Of a stretch of DNA of 64,000 bases, positions 17,581-33,011 are shown in pieces. The position numbers were made by a program, and so were the translations under genes. The DNA lies in the NCBI RefSeq assembly GCF_009914755.1, contig NC_060946.1; one strand, written 5' to 3'. Within the stretch, counting starts at the first letter, position 1; the number at the start of each line of letters is the position of its first letter. The stretch is from the human T2T-CHM13v2.0 reference genome, Homo sapiens. The notes beneath the pieces are model-generated. The model did no database searches and was not told the origin of the DNA. It worked only from the letters and a program-made list of their open reading frames with translations.

Positions 17581-20500
17581 ATCTCTCATTAAGTTACTTT
17601 GGTTGATGGATGGCTGACTAGTTTTTATTACTGCAGGGGAATACAAAAGTAGGGACCCCCTATTCCACCATCTTGATAATATCACTGTCTCCATACATTT
17701 CTTCCTTATTTTGTTCTCTTGTATGTTTGTGTGTTATTTTAGGTTCAAATATTAAGACCAATAGGCTAGGATTTATACATTGTGTAAAAGGTAAATTAGA
17801 TAGCTAGTAGGTACCTTTATATATTATAATGTTCACCTATAAGATTAAGTTTAGTGCACACAAAAAGGGCTCATTAAAATTTTCATCCACTTTCTTCAAC
17901 CTCTATCCAAACTATGATATAATTTATGTCACAATTTTTGTTTTATCAATTACTCTTAACCATATTTCATAAAATTTATATTTTTTCTTTATTTAGAAAT
18001 GTAAGGCTATTATTTGCTTTTAAAGGCTGTAATACAGCTTTTTTATTTTGTGAAATAATAGCACCAATATTATAAATATTAATAGCGTAAATACTTATTC
18101 ATTAAAATCTTCCCATTAGAGAATTTTATTAATTATTGTAGTGCATTTCTGTAAAATTGTACTGCCATACACCACAGGGCAATGATTCAAAATGCCTGGT
18201 CTTCACAGGTGCACAGTCACTGTTGAACATTGTGGTTATTTAGAAAAATTCTTTTCTAGTGTTATATCAATGTTCCAAACAAGATTTTATGGGTAAATAA
18301 TTCTCCCATTCTAGTTTTGCAATTCCATGTTAACTGTATTTTTATTTTAGGGTAGGTTCCCTGACATTGGTTTATAGTATTTTTGGTTTTACCTAAGTAT
18401 TATTTTGGATGACAGTGTGCAGCAACTTTTAATGTACAGTTTATGTCAATGTGCAGTTTAATTACAATATGAATCAGCCATATATTTATTCACAATTCAA
18501 GTTTAACAAACTTAATGAAAACTCAGCAAACTAATGTTACATGATAAAGCCCCAATCAGCTATCTTATACTTAAGCAAATACACCAAAAAATAGTTTGTA
18601 GCTTTATTGCTGCTTTTGTTCAAACTATGTTTTATATTCCCTATGACCAAGGAAATTTCTGACATTGTGCTACCAGGCTAAAGAAACAAACAAAAAGACA
18701 GTGATTATACTTTCAAGGAGCAGTTTGTTTAGAGCCCCAGATACTCCATCTGTAGACCACGATGCTCATATTTGCTTGTTTTAATAAGGCTGTAGCCCAA
18801 AACCTTACATTTTTGTGGAAATTAAAGCTTTTCAGTTCCATACTAAAGACAGGACAGCCTCATGATCTAAATCCAAGGGTGATGGTTTAGAGTGAGGACC
18901 ATTTCTTCTTGACACGGAGATGGTTGTGTTCTTCCACAATAAATCTATGTGAGAGGCAGGTTGTGATAAGTTGGAAGTGTTGGCTGCCTTCATGGTCACA
19001 AATTTCTCTGTCAAGTTCACCTCAGCACTGCTGTACCCCTGTTCTGCTGTCAGGTTGGGAATGCTTGGTCAGTAGTGGTTCTCCACATGGTCCTCAACTG
19101 CTGGTGCTTCCCTGATCCACTGCCTGCCAGAAATGCAATTGTAGCAGAGGAGGCTGGTAAGGGGACAGAAGCCAGAGATGGTAACTGGCCACCGCCTCAC
19201 TGGGGAAGAGAGCGGTGGGCTCTCAATCCTAGCTCACATGCAAAGTGCTATTTTCATCCCAGCACCCAGCGGTGTCCCCCATAATGTGCACTGCCTGGTC
19301 TGAGGTAAATGGAGAGCTCAGCTAAGGCCTAAAGTTGAAAAGGGGCTTTCCAGAGCCCCCAGTGTGCTGGACATCTCACCAGCCATGGAAAGGGTCTGTG
19401 TCCTTGTGGCCACAGACAGGCAATAATGGGAGCCTGCCCACATTTCAGGGCCTTCTGGAGTCTTCACTTGAGAGTTCAGCTCTGGCAACAGAGGACACTT
19501 CTGGTGTCCAGAGATTCTCAGTGCCTGGCGGATGTAAAACTGATTGATGGCATCTGCTGGCTTCTGGGAGCACTGCTTGGCCATCCTTATCTGTGAGCCC
19601 CAGCCAAGGCACTGCAGAAAGCTTGGTCTCTGGCTAGCATTCTGGACTGTGAGACAGCGTGGCTGCAGCTAGCACTGGATGGAGAGAGTACAGTGTGGTG
19701 AAGTGGGGACAGTGGGCATTCTGCCACATGGCCTAGGGTTTCTCCTGACTCTGGACTGCCCAGGTGCGGTGACCAGAAGGCAAACCGTTTCTAGGCCACA
19801 GCTCAAGGGGGGAAAACCCAGGCTGAGCCTGGTGAGGGTTCTGAGTTGAAGAGATGAAGCTGGGAGTCCAGGGAGACTAAAGAAGCTCAGATAAACTCTG
19901 CAGAGCAGAGTATTCAGGGAATGAATAGTACAAAGACACGAAACAAAAAAGCTCCAGAGTCTTCAGCTAAATACTGATCAGCACATGTATGTGTGTAAAC
20001 TACAAGTCTGGGGGAAAAAATACCTGAAGGAAACAGAAAGAACAATGCTTGAACCTCCCACAGAACCAGGCATATTTGCTGTTCCCACCAGCAACAGTGG
20101 ACAAATCATACTTCCTGGACCATTGGATGGAACACTCAGAAAAGAATTGCCTCAGTAGTGTGGAAGATTAGATCTAGGATGAGGCTGCTAAAGTCCTACT
20201 TAACAAGACCTCAAAGAAAACCCTCAAAGAACCAAAATCTTTCCAGATAATTTAACTGCATCCTAGAACATAGCTCAATAATATTTATAGGAACCCAACA
20301 ATATCCAAGACACAATAAGATAAATTTCACGTTGTCTGCCATCCAGCTGAAAATTACCAGGCATGTGAAGAAAAAGGAAATGTCTCAATCATAAGAAGAA
20401 AACTTGATCAATAGATACAGAAATGTCAAATAAGATGGAATTAGTAGGCAACGATATTAAAACACTTATTGTAATGATAACATTCCACAAGAAGAAGGTA

Positions 20501-20951
20501 AAGGGAAGCTAGAACATGGAAGTAGAGACATGGAAGACCCAGCTTGAATTTCTAGAGACGAAAAATACAATGTCTGAGATGAAAAATATACTAAATGGCA
20601 TTTAATGTAGAATAGATATTATACAAAAAAGGATTAGTCAACTGGAAGATGTAGCATCAGAAACTATCAAAAATGGAACATGGAGAAAATAATGGAAAAA
20701 ACTGAGCAGAAAATCAGCATCAACACGACTAATATATGTGGAATTGGAGTTCCTGAAGAAGGTGGGAAGGAGTAGAAGAAAAAATATTTGAAAAAGCTGT
20801 GGCTGAAAAAATTTAAATTTGAGAAAAACTGTAAACCCAGAAATCTAAGAACCAACGAACCCCTAGCACAAGAGACATGAGGATGAGACACTGAAACACA
20901 TCATAATCAAATTGCCTCAACCCAGTAACAAAGAGAAAATCTGAAAGGTTA

Positions 20952-21315
<364 letters not shown>

Positions 21316-21330
21316 TTAGAAAGAATGCAA

Positions 21331-21705
<375 letters not shown>

Positions 21706-22173
21706 CTACACCCAGCAAAAATATCTTTCAAAAATGATAGTGAAATAAAGACTTTCAGACATTAAAAAGCTTGAAGAATGCATTAACAGCACGTCCTCAC
21801 CACAAGGAGTATTAAAGGAAATCCTTCAGGCAGAGGGAAAGTGAAACCAGATGGAAGTCCAGATCTACACAAAAGAATGTAGAGCACCAGAGATGGCAAA
21901 TGTGTGAGCAAAAATACAACATTAAAAAGCATTTTTAAAAGATAATTGACTGTTTAAGGCAAAAATGATAACAAATTAATGTGTTTACATCACATACAGA
22001 AGCAAAATGCATGAAAACAATAACACGAAACCCAAAAGGAGGGAAATGAATGGGCACTGTTTTAAGGTTCTTATCCTCTATGTGAAGTGGTATAATGTTG
22101 ATGGCAGCCAATGCTAAGTTAAATACATATACTGTATTAATCTGTTCTTGAACTGCTATAAAGAAATGTCTGA

Positions 22174-23056
22174 CACTTCTCAAAAGAAGACATTTATGCA
22201 GCCAAAGAAACACATGAAAAAATACTCATCATCACTGGCCATCAGAGAAATGCAAATCAAAACCACAATATCATCACTGGCCATCAGAGAAATGCAAATC
22301 AAAACCACAATGAGATACCATCTCACACCAGTTAGAATGGTGATCATTAAAAAGTCAGGAAACAACAGGTGCTGGAGAGGATGTGGAGAAATAGGAACAC
22401 TTTCACACTGTTGGTGGGACTGTAAACTAATTCAACCATTTTGGAAGTCAGTGTGGTGATTCGTCAGGGATCTAGAACTAGAAATACCATTTGACCCACC
22501 CATCCCATTGCTGGGTATATACCCAAAGGATTATAAATCATGTTGCTATAAAGACACATGCACACATATGTTTATTGCGGCACTATTCACAATAGCAAAG
22601 ACTTGGAACCAACACAAATGTCCAACAATGATAGACTGGATTAAGAAAATGTGGCACATATACACCATGGAATACTATGCAGCCATAAAAAATCATGAGT
22701 TCACGTCCTTTGTAGGGACATCGGTGAAGCTGGAAACCATCATTCTCAGCAAACTATCACAAGAACAAAAAACCAAACACCACATGTTCTCACTCATAGG
22801 TGGGAATTGAACAATGAGAACACATGGACACAGGAAGGGAGATATCACACACCAGGGACTGTTGTGGGGTGGGGGGAGGGGGGAGGGATAGCATTAGGAG
22901 ATATACGTAATGCTAAATGACGAGTTAATGGGTGCAGCACACCAACATGACACATGTATACATATGTAACAAACCTGCACATTGTGCCCATGTACCCTAA
23001 AACTTAAAGTATAATAATAATACTTTAAAAAAATAATAAATAAATTTAAAAAAAAA
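22174..23056 (+). mobile_element. 5'-truncated L1PA3-like 3' fragment
   Basis: ORF2 C-terminus, 3' UTR and A-tail. TSD aaagaaatgtctga at 22160-22173 and 23054-23067. Confidence 0.93.
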
Positions 23057-23073
23057 GAAATGTCTGAGACTGG

Positions 23074-23411
<338 letters not shown>

Positions 23412-24794
23412 TTAATTGGCTCACGGTTCTGCAGGCTGTACAGGAAGCATGATTCTGTCATCTGCTCGGCTTCTGGGGAGGCCTCAGGGAGCTTACAATC
23501 ATGATGGAAGGCAAAGGGGAAGCAGGCACATCTTATGTGACTGGAGCAGGAGGAAGAGAGAGAGGGGGAGGTGCCACACACTATTAAACAACCAGATCTT
23601 GTGAGAACTCACTCGCTATATAGTACCAAGTGGGGATGGCGTTAAACAATGAGAAACTGGCTCCATGGTCCAATCACCTCGCTCCAGGCCCCACGTTTGG
23701 CATTGGGGATTACATTTCCACGTGAGATTTGGGTGGGGACACAGATCCAAACCATATGATATACCATAAACCATAGAGAAATGGTTAAAACTCAAAACCA
23801 AACGAAGCACAAATAGTTATATGTAAAAGGCCAACAAAAAAGATTAAATGAAATAAAAATACTCAACAAATTCAAAAGAAGTCAAAGAGGAAAAGGAGAA
23901 CCAACTATAGATGGGACAAATAGAAAGCAAACAGGAAGATGACCAAGTAAAACCAATCTCTCCAGCATTCCACCAGTTGTGTGTGATTATTTAACAACTC
24001 TCTGCCTCTGATAAGAATACCTGTCACACAGGGTTGTCATCAGAGCTTGCCACATGTGATATGGAAAGCCTGCTGTTTACAGACCTGCAATCATTATACA
24101 TTAGCTCATATTGTTGGTAGCAGAGACCCAGGTCTCTGTGTTGGTCGTGCTGAGAGCTCCCTTCTCATTGCTCTGTTTTCCTCCTCCTTTGATCCCTTTC
24201 TGTACTTCCACGCCCCACACCGTCTGATTGGAGAAGATACTCAGCCTCTCAGTCTGCAAATGTTCAAAGTCCATGAATCAAATAGCCAACAAATGTATTT
24301 CTGTACGTTTATCTGCTACCCAGGGATCCAGGAGAAATACTTTCCTTCCTGCAAGAAGTCCGTGGCTGCTGATGCCAGGAATCTGCTCTCTCTGTCCTCT
24401 TGTCTTTTCTGATCTGCATATTCTCAACTGCCCTGCACTTCTGGGAAGACTTTACACAGGGACAACTATGAGTTTTTGTAAGAAGATGAGGAGTCACCAC
24501 TTTGGGAACCATCCATTAGACATTCCAATATTGCTGCAGACATGGACTCTAGCATGTTCTCTTTTTCTCTGACACCCATCCCTTCCCCCGTTGGCCACAG
24601 CAACTAGGGTTTGCTCTTCAGCTATGGCAGTGCCTACCTCTGGGGAACTGTGACCTTCTTTATACCCTATCCAATAACACAATATGTCCTTATACACAGT
24701 AGGTGTTCAATATACATCTGTTGACGGGATTTCATCACAGTTAAATCTGTGGAGAGTTCAGCAGATAAGTGAGTTGCTCAAGATGGTCAGAGGC

Positions 24795-25157
24795 TGTCTT
24801 CTTCCATTTGGGCTGCCGTAACAAAATACCTTAGCCTAGGGGGCTTATAAGCAGCAGAAGTTTATGTCTCATAGGTCCGGATGCTGGCAAGTGGAAGGTC
24901 AAAGTAGTGGCAGATTAGGTGTCTGTTGAGGACCTGTTCCTTATAGAGGGCACCTCCTAGCTGTGTCCTCACATGGTGGAAGGAGAGAACAAGCTCCCTT
25001 GGCTCCCTTTTACAAGGCCACTTATCCCATTCATGGGGTCTTTGCTTTCATGATGAAATCACTTCCTAAAGTCTTTGCCTCCTAATTCAAACCTAACCTA
25101 TCAGGGGTTAGATTTCAACACACGGATTTTAGGGGCACACAAACATTGACTATAGCA
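24795..25157 (-). mobile_element. MaLR LTR (MLT1A-like)
   Basis: tccatttgggctgccgtaacaaaatacc..ctgtgtcctcacatggtggaagg..cacaaacattgactatagca. Confidence 0.8.
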
Positions 25158-27094
25158 GAAACGTAGCTGGACCTGGGTCTGGGGCCTTCTGGGTCCAGCT
25201 CCATTATGACACTCACACTGCATATGGCCTCCCACATGTTGTAATTCTGTTCTGTGACATTGTGCCCATGAGGCAGGGATGCAGTAGAGGCCTCTGCAGA
25301 CATGGCTTGTTCTTAGGACATCCGCCTGGCTTTGTGTTGCAAGCCTGGAAGAATCCACCAGCTGCCCACTCTCATGCCTCACTCAGGTTCGTGGGTCCCT
25401 CCAGGCACATGTCAGATAACCCACTCAATTTTTTACTTGCCCCACCTCCCTGGGTTCCCTTCTGAACTCAGGGACCATGGAGGGAGCTGGGAGTCTCTGT
25501 TTTTAGTCCATGCTCTTGTCTCCTATTTGGAAAGAATGCCCAGCCAAGGGAATCTCTTTCCTACTGTTTTCTAAGAACATCAGGGGCTTCCTCCAAACTC
25601 TTCACCCACTCCCTCCATAATTCCTTCTCCCTCGAGGACACAGGGCACAAGCCCACCTCCTGTGTGAAGATCCTGCCACAGTGTGGCTCTTTGGTTTTCT
25701 GCGGGTATCCAGAGAAGAAACTAAAGGTGAATGCACTCCAGAATCCGGGAGCACTGGTGATTTTCTCTCCTTAGCTCAGCGAGCAACCCCACAGATAGTC
25801 CTCGCCCCACCCCGGGCCCCCTGAATCCATACCATAAAATGTATGTCAGTTTGTTCAACTAAGGACCCCGCTGAGTATTTAATCCCTATTTAAAGATGAT
25901 GTTTATTTTATTTTTGAGTTTAAATTAATCAGCCTCAGGATACAGAATTAGATAAGGCCGGGATTTATCTCCCCTGGAATGATTCATTTCACATCGAACC
26001 TTCTTAACTCTTTGGCTGCAGAGGGGAAGCGCCTGTGTCTTTCTCTGCAGAGTTGCCTAGGGCAGGCCAGGTGAACAGACACGCTCCCTCCTCCTCATCC
26101 TGCCAGCCAGGGCATGGTGTGTGCTTATGATGCAGGGAGTTAGAATACTAGCCTTTTCATCACAACAGTCATAAATCCTCACACAGGGAAATAGAGATAA
26201 CATACAAGTAGGAAAAAAAGAAAAAAGAATCAGTCTTGAATTCTGCTACCTAAAGATAACCATTGTTACCATGTAGGCAAGCTTCCTTTCATGCTGAGTC
26301 AAGTGTTTAAAAAATATGGCTCAATATTACAAACACACAGGACTGCATAGAGGATAATGGTATTAAACTTTCATGTACCTCCCAGTTAAAATTCAAATAT
26401 GGTAACTTTTGGATGCATTTGCTCCAGAGTTTAAGGGAAGAAAACATTACGGATTCAGCCATAATGTTCAAGCTGACGCTCGAGTTATATGCCCCTTTTC
26501 CAGTCCAGTTACCACCTCCCTCCCACTATTCTGAAGTCAATGTGTGTCTTCCCATCCATGTTTAATACCTAGAGTGCATGTCCATGAAGAATGGATATAG
26601 TGTTTTTTGGTCTCTTTTTGCAATTTTATACAAATAGCAGTCCATACATACTCTCCTGAAAGTTGCTTTTCCCTTCAACAATTTCTTCCAGATGAATCTA
26701 GAGTTCTGCATTTCTGGTGAGCTGAGGATGCGTGCCTCCCCCTGCAACCCCCACCCCAAGGTGATGCTGATGTTCTGGTCCAAAGCCTGCATGTGGCCTG
26801 GTGAGTCTTCGGGTCTTGGGACAGGTCTGTTGTCAGCCCTTCCTAGGAAGCATAGCCAGATGACCTTGGGGCTGGAGTCCTCACAATGCCCCTCGCCAGT
26901 AGTGCTCACATCCATCTTCACTCATCTTCATCAATATTTGTTATCGCACTTTTTGATATTGTTCCTGGAATTTGCAGTGCAGCTGAGCGCGTGCCTTGTG
27001 TTTCCCAGCCCTTCGGGTCTCCTTCTCTGTGAATTGCTCCTGGCCCATATGTCTGTTGGATCTTTGGTTTCTCCTTGCTGACTTGTAAGTGCTA

Positions 27095-27387
27095 TTTTTT
27101 TTTTTTAGAAGGAGTTTTGCACTTGTTACCTAGGTGGGAATGCAATGGCAGTATCGCGGCTCACCGCAACTTCTGCCACCCTAGTTCAAGCGATTCTCCT
27201 GCCTCAGCCTCCTGAGTAGCTGGGATTACAGGTAAGTGCCACCACGCCCAGCTAATTTTGTATTTTTAGTAGAGATGGGGTTTCTCCATGTTGGTCAGAC
27301 TGGTATCAAACTCCCGACCTCAGGTGATCCACCTGCCTCAGCTTCCCAAAATGCTGGGATTACAGGCATGAGTCACCATGACTGGCC
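27095..27387 (-). mobile_element. AluSp-like
   Basis: tttctccatgttggtcag and ctcaccgcaac diagnostics. Confidence 0.88.
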
Positions 27388-27465
27388 AATTTTGATTTTA
27401 ATGATCTGGATATCAATGCTTTTTTGGCCAAATACCTTACAAATATGTTTTCCCTATTGGTGCAC

Positions 27466-27818
27466 TGTATTAGTCCATTTTCACACTGCCGATAAAGACA
27501 TAACCCAGACTGGGAAGAAAAAAAGGTTTAATTGGACTTACAGTTCCACATGACTGAAGAGACCTCAGAATCATGGTGGGAGGTGAAAGGCACTTCTTAC
27601 ACGGCAGTGGCCAGAGAAAAATAAGGACGATGCAAAAGTGGAACCCTGGATAAAACCGTCAATTCTCGTGAGACTTATTCACTACCAGGAGAACGGTATG
27701 GGGGAACAGCCCCCATGATTCCAATTATCTCCCACCAGGTCCCTCCCACGACACAGGAGAATTATGGGGGACAATTCAAGATGATATTTGGGTGGGGACA
27801 CACAGCCAAACCATATCA
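27466..27818 (-). mobile_element. THE1 solo LTR (MaLR)
   Basis: tgtattagtccattttcacactg..cagccaaaccatatca. Perfect 5-bp TSD TGCAC. Confidence 0.92.
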
Positions 27819-28069
27819 TGCACTATCTTTGTCTTTTAACTTTATTCATGGCCTCTTTTGTCAGATCAAAACTTCTACATTTAATACAATTGAATTTATC
27901 AGTAATTTCTTTTATGGTGTCTGTGTTTTGTGTCATATTAAAAAAAGGTTTTCTCTGCTTAGTGTCATAAAATATGTCCTCTGTTTCTTCTAAAAATTGG
28001 AAATCTGCTTTTCATATTTTGTTTTATTTCCTTTGTTCTTTGATTCGTAGGGATGTGAGGTAGAAATCT

Positions 28070-28410
28070 CTATTAGTTAACTCTTGCTTTGTAACAAGTA
28101 ACCCCACACCTCAGAGGCCTACGACCATAGGCCACCATTTCTCACTCATGAGCATGGGTTGCTTGGGAGGTTTCAGCTCGAAATGTGGTGGCTGAGCTGG
28201 ATATGCTCCAAGTGTCTCCGATCCTCCTGGGGTCGGGGCCTGCCAGGGTGCCTTCTTCTCATGGCAATGGCAGGAGTGCAAAGAACAAAGGGAAATGTGA
28301 AGATCTCTTATCTTACCACCCAGGCTCAGAATGGGCAGACTACCACTTTACCACATCCATTGGCCAAAGTGAGTCAAGTGGCCAAACCAGAAGTCAAGGG
28401 CAGGAAGTTT
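28070..28410. mobile_element. Old MLT1-type LTR fragment
   Basis: gtaacaagtaacccc.. and ccacatccattggccaaag..caagggcaggaagt motifs. Confidence 0.55.
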
Positions 28411-29562
28411 AAGTATGAATCCCATCTCCACGTGCTATGATTTCCTGGGCTTTCAACTTCTTGAGGCTGAATTGTTTTACTCTCACCTCCCCAGACTGCA
28501 GAAAACACATTTTCTCCAGGACTCATTGAGCCATAGGGCAGAATGATTGTAGTTGACAAGGACTAGATGGAACTCAAGGCTCCAGCCTCTGTGCAGTGGA
28601 TAGGTGTCATCTGGCCACTGAGGCCACTTCCTTCCCCTTGTCCCCATCTAGGGCCCCTGTTCTGCTCCAATCTCCCTGTCATTCTGCGCAGGCCTTCCAG
28701 GCATCAGCCTCTTAATGGTTCCTGGATTTTTTCCCTGTCTTCCCTTCTATTATGTGAGGGTTTCCATCCTTATTTTGTATAGGAGGACTGGACGGAGTCA
28801 ATTCAGCCTGTCACGTCCCCACTCTCAGAACCTGGGTAACCCTGAGTGCTCAGCATGACTGGGGTCCCCTGGTGTCTCCCTCCACAGCACGTTCTGAAGG
28901 CATAGGAGCTGGACTGACATTCGGGACACCTAAACCTTTGTTCCACTTCTGCCATGACAGCTTCATTGGTCCAGGCAAATCATGGCAGCTCTCTATGCCT
29001 CATTTTTTTATTCCTTACACAATGGAATGACATTACCCTCAGTGCTTATGTAAGGGAGGAGAAATGATTCCCCTGCCTTCTCCCCATTTTTGCATTTGCC
29101 AGAGAATCAGATTTTTGTGTCTGGCCAAGAATATAGGGAAGGAAGAGCAAGTAAGCTTTGGGCGCAAAGAGGGCATTTAGGGGTTTCAATTAAGCAAAGA
29201 AAGTCGGGGGCAGAGAGGGGTGGTGGAGCATGATCTTTGGCCAATAGTGAGGAACTAATGAAGTGCAATGTGCATGGGTTAGGGTGTGTAGCAGCCTGGG
29301 TCCCATCGAAAGATAGAAAGCACACAGTGGGTCTAACGGGGAAGTGGAGTATAAAGGATTGCAACTATGATAAAAGAGTCACTGTAAGACATAAAGCAAG
29401 TCTGCCTGGTGTCCTAGTGCAGAGGGAGGTACCCAAGGAAGCACAGATTGGAAAGGTGTTCAGATGTCATTAAATGTGGTTCAGCCACCACATAAGAGAC
29501 GTTTGTGGGTTTGGGCAGGCTGGAGCTAGTCAGCAGCTTTTGCACGAGCACTAGGCCACCCA

Positions 29563-29841
29563 CTGGAGTGCAGATGAGGGAGCCGGCCATGAGCTGCTGA
29601 AGTGCAGGGGAGGGAGCCTGCTGTGAGCCACTGGTGCAGGTGAGCAAGCTGGCGGTGAGCCGCTGGAATGCAGGGGAGGGAGCCAGCCGTGAACCGCTGG
29701 TATGCAGGGGAGGGAGCCGGCCATGAGCGCCTGGTGCAGGTGAGGCAGCAGGCCGTGAGCCGTTGGGGCAGGTGAGGGAGCTGGGCATGAGCCGCTGGAG
29801 TGCAGGTGAGGGAGCTGGCCGTGAGCCCCTAGTGCAGGGAT
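29563..29841. repeat. GC-rich minisatellite, about 8.5 copies of a 32-34 bp unit
   Basis: Unit approximately ctgg(ag)tgcaggtgagggagcyggccrtgagccg, tandem and diverged. Confidence 0.9.
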
Positions 29842-30456
29842 GCATGGCGGGAGTCTGGCTGCCTTTGTAGGGCAGGAAGCCTCTAGAACGCGTGGGTCCC
29901 GCAGGGTCTGGCAGAAGGAATGGCAGTTCTGTGCAGACCCTCTAGACTACGGGTCACTGTGTGCAGGTTGCACAAGGGATACACGAGGGGGTCTGGGCAA
30001 CTTTTCAAGAACTTTCATATCACATGGGCCCTGCAGCATTTTGGTTTCCATGTCGAGATGTTGCAAGCCAAGGCTACAAGGTGGCTGAGGGACCACGCCT
30101 TGGTCTGTGGTTGGGGCTTGAACATGATCAAAGCCCAGCCAGAGAACTCCTGTCCCCTGCAGTCTCTCCATCCTCTACCTAGAGGCCTGCAGAATGTTCA
30201 CTTCCAGAAGGTATATTGAACAGTGTTTCCCAGATTATCACAGTGCACATATTGAAAGGTGCACTAGGAGCTGGGAGGCAATAGACTGAATACTGACACT
30301 AGAGACGCTGGCTCATGGTAACGAAGAGAAGCTGAAAAGGAGTGGGAAAGAACTAACTGTAATTTTACATCAGTGATCTGCATCTTTGTTTTGAACGTTT
30401 GTGGCAACCAAAATGACTATTCTTTCTACCCTCTTAGTTCAAACATAGCCTGAGAC

Positions 30457-30817
<361 letters not shown>

Positions 30818-30979
30818 TAAGAAGTGGCTCATGGCTGATTGTGTTTTCTTTGCTCTATTTCTGGAACTGTGGGAGCATCTTCTGGAATAAGGGTCTATCT
30901 GTTTGAGTCTCTGAATGACTAAGACCACCAGAGCCCCCTTGTTGACCCGTGATGGATGTGAAATCAATTGAGAAGTCAA

Positions 30980-31359
<380 letters not shown>

Positions 31360-31392
31360 TCACCTGTCCTGACCAATGCATGACTCATTTCA

Positions 31393-31537
31393 TCCTTGAC
31401 ACAGCCCCTGAGAGAAGGGGTTTTATCCTCATTTCACAAATGAAGAGTCAAGTCTCAGAGAGGTTAGCAGCATGAGCAAGCTCACACAATGAGGGGTGGA
31501 GCTTGGATTTGAATCCAGGTCTGTCTAACCTCAAAGA
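31393..31537. mobile_element. MIR fragment
   Basis: ttatcctcatttcacaaatgaaga..ctcagagaggtta..ggatttgaatccaggtctgtct core. Confidence 0.8.
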
Positions 31538-31578
31538 CTGAAGTGGGGATGAAAATAAGTTGTCATTGTTGTTTGCCT

Positions 31579-31748
31579 GTCATCCAGGTGATGTAACACT
31601 TGTCTAGGCTCTGCCTACGGGGGCTTTGTGACATACCTCTGCACTGATCACCCAGGTGATGTAACTCTTGTCTAGGCTTTGCCTATGGAGGCTTTGTGAC
31701 ATATCTCTGCACTGATCACCCAGGTGATGGGACTCTTTTCTAGGCTCT
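31579..31748. repeat. Beta (68-bp Sau3A) satellite, about 2.5 units
   Basis: ca(t/c)ccaggtgatg at 31581, 31649 and 31717, an exact 68-bp period. The unit contains ttgtctaggct..gtgacatatctctgcactgatca. Confidence 0.95.
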
Positions 31749-32025
31749 TCTATCCTTGGATTGTAACCTTGAAGGATCTTGAACTCATATCCTTTCAGGG
31801 ATTATAAAAGGGAGCACATCAAAACTGTCATGATAAAGTTGTGGAAAAGTGGGCAATATTGCCAAATGCAAAATATCTGGGCTATATTTTGGTCTCAGAT
31901 CACCATTTGAGATTCCTGGAAGATAGGGAATATGGAGGCCAACTCCCATAGGGATGTTGTATAAGACTCCAAGCCCTAAGTCAATGATCTCAACCCTGTG
32001 GATCAGCACTCTCCATGTAATGGGG

Positions 32026-32420
32026 CATCTTAACCCATTTTGTGCTGCTATAACAGAATATCATAGACTAGGGAATCTATAAAGAAAAGAAATTTATTTC
32101 TTAGAGTTCTGGAGGCTAGGAAGTCCAAGGGTGAGGGGGGTCTGCATCTGGTGAGGGCCTTCTTGCTGTGTCATCTCATGACTGAAGGCAGCAGAGCAAG
32201 ACTTTGAGAAAGAAAGAGAGCAAAAGGGGCTGAGCTTGCTTTTAATACAAGCCCACTCCCAAGATAACTAACCTACTCCTGAGATAGTGACATTAATCCA
32301 TGCATGGGGGCAGAATCTCATAACCCAATCACTCTTATTAGGCCCTGCCTCTCAACACTGTCACATAGAGGATTAAGTTTCCAACATGTGAGCTCTGGGG
32401 GACACATGCAGACCATATAT
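32026..32420 (-). mobile_element. MaLR LTR (MSTC/MSTD-like)
   Basis: tgtgctgctataacagaata..agttctggaggctaggaagtccaag..gggggacacatgcagaccata. Confidence 0.82.
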
Positions 32421-32654
32421 GGGCGATTGATGAGTATATGGGAGGGACCAGTCATGAATATTTTGGCTGAGAGTTGTGTTTGAGAGCTGAAGCCATGCTC
32501 CATCATGGCAGGGCACACATAGACCTTTGAATGCTCTGAGGAATGAATATTTGAATATTGAAGAGTGTAACTCATGGCAGAAGGTGGAATATTTAAAAGG
32601 CAGAAGTGCCTGGTTCAAGTAAAAGAGTGAACAGCCTGTAGCCTGGGGCTGGCT

Positions 32655-33011
32655 CCTCTTCCCTTTCCGTCCCCACCTTTCACCTTTCTTTCTTTCTTTC
32701 CCTCCCTCCCTCTCTTTCTCCCTTCCCTCCCACTCTCCTTCCTTCCTCTCTTCCTTCCTTCCTCTCCCTTCCTCTTTCTCTCCCTCCCTGCTTCCTTGTT
32801 TCTTTCCTTCTTTCTCTTTCCCTTTTTCTTCCTCCTTCCTTCCTTCCTTCTCTCTCATTTCCTTCTCTCTTTCTTTCTCTCTTTCCATCTTTCTCTCCCT
32901 CCATCCTTCTTTCTCTCATTCTTTCCTTCCTTCTCTCTTTCCTTCTTTGTCCCCTTCTTTCCTTCTTTTCTTTCTCCCTCCTTCCTGCCTTCCTTTCTTC
33001 TCTCTTTCTTT
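32655..33011. repeat. Polypyrimidine (CT/CCTT) tract of about 350 bp
   Basis: Direct inspection. It is the source of several spurious ORFs. Confidence 0.92.

Noticed and set aside
18780-19125. Possible minus-strand terminal exon (AG acceptor near 19124, ATTAAA near 18780)
   Set aside because: Weak polypyrimidine tract and no recognisable protein in any frame. Cannot be supported without transcript data.
29563-29841. CRISPR-like array
   Set aside because: Tandem degenerate units with no unique spacers, in a primate context. The same applies to the beta and CER repeats.
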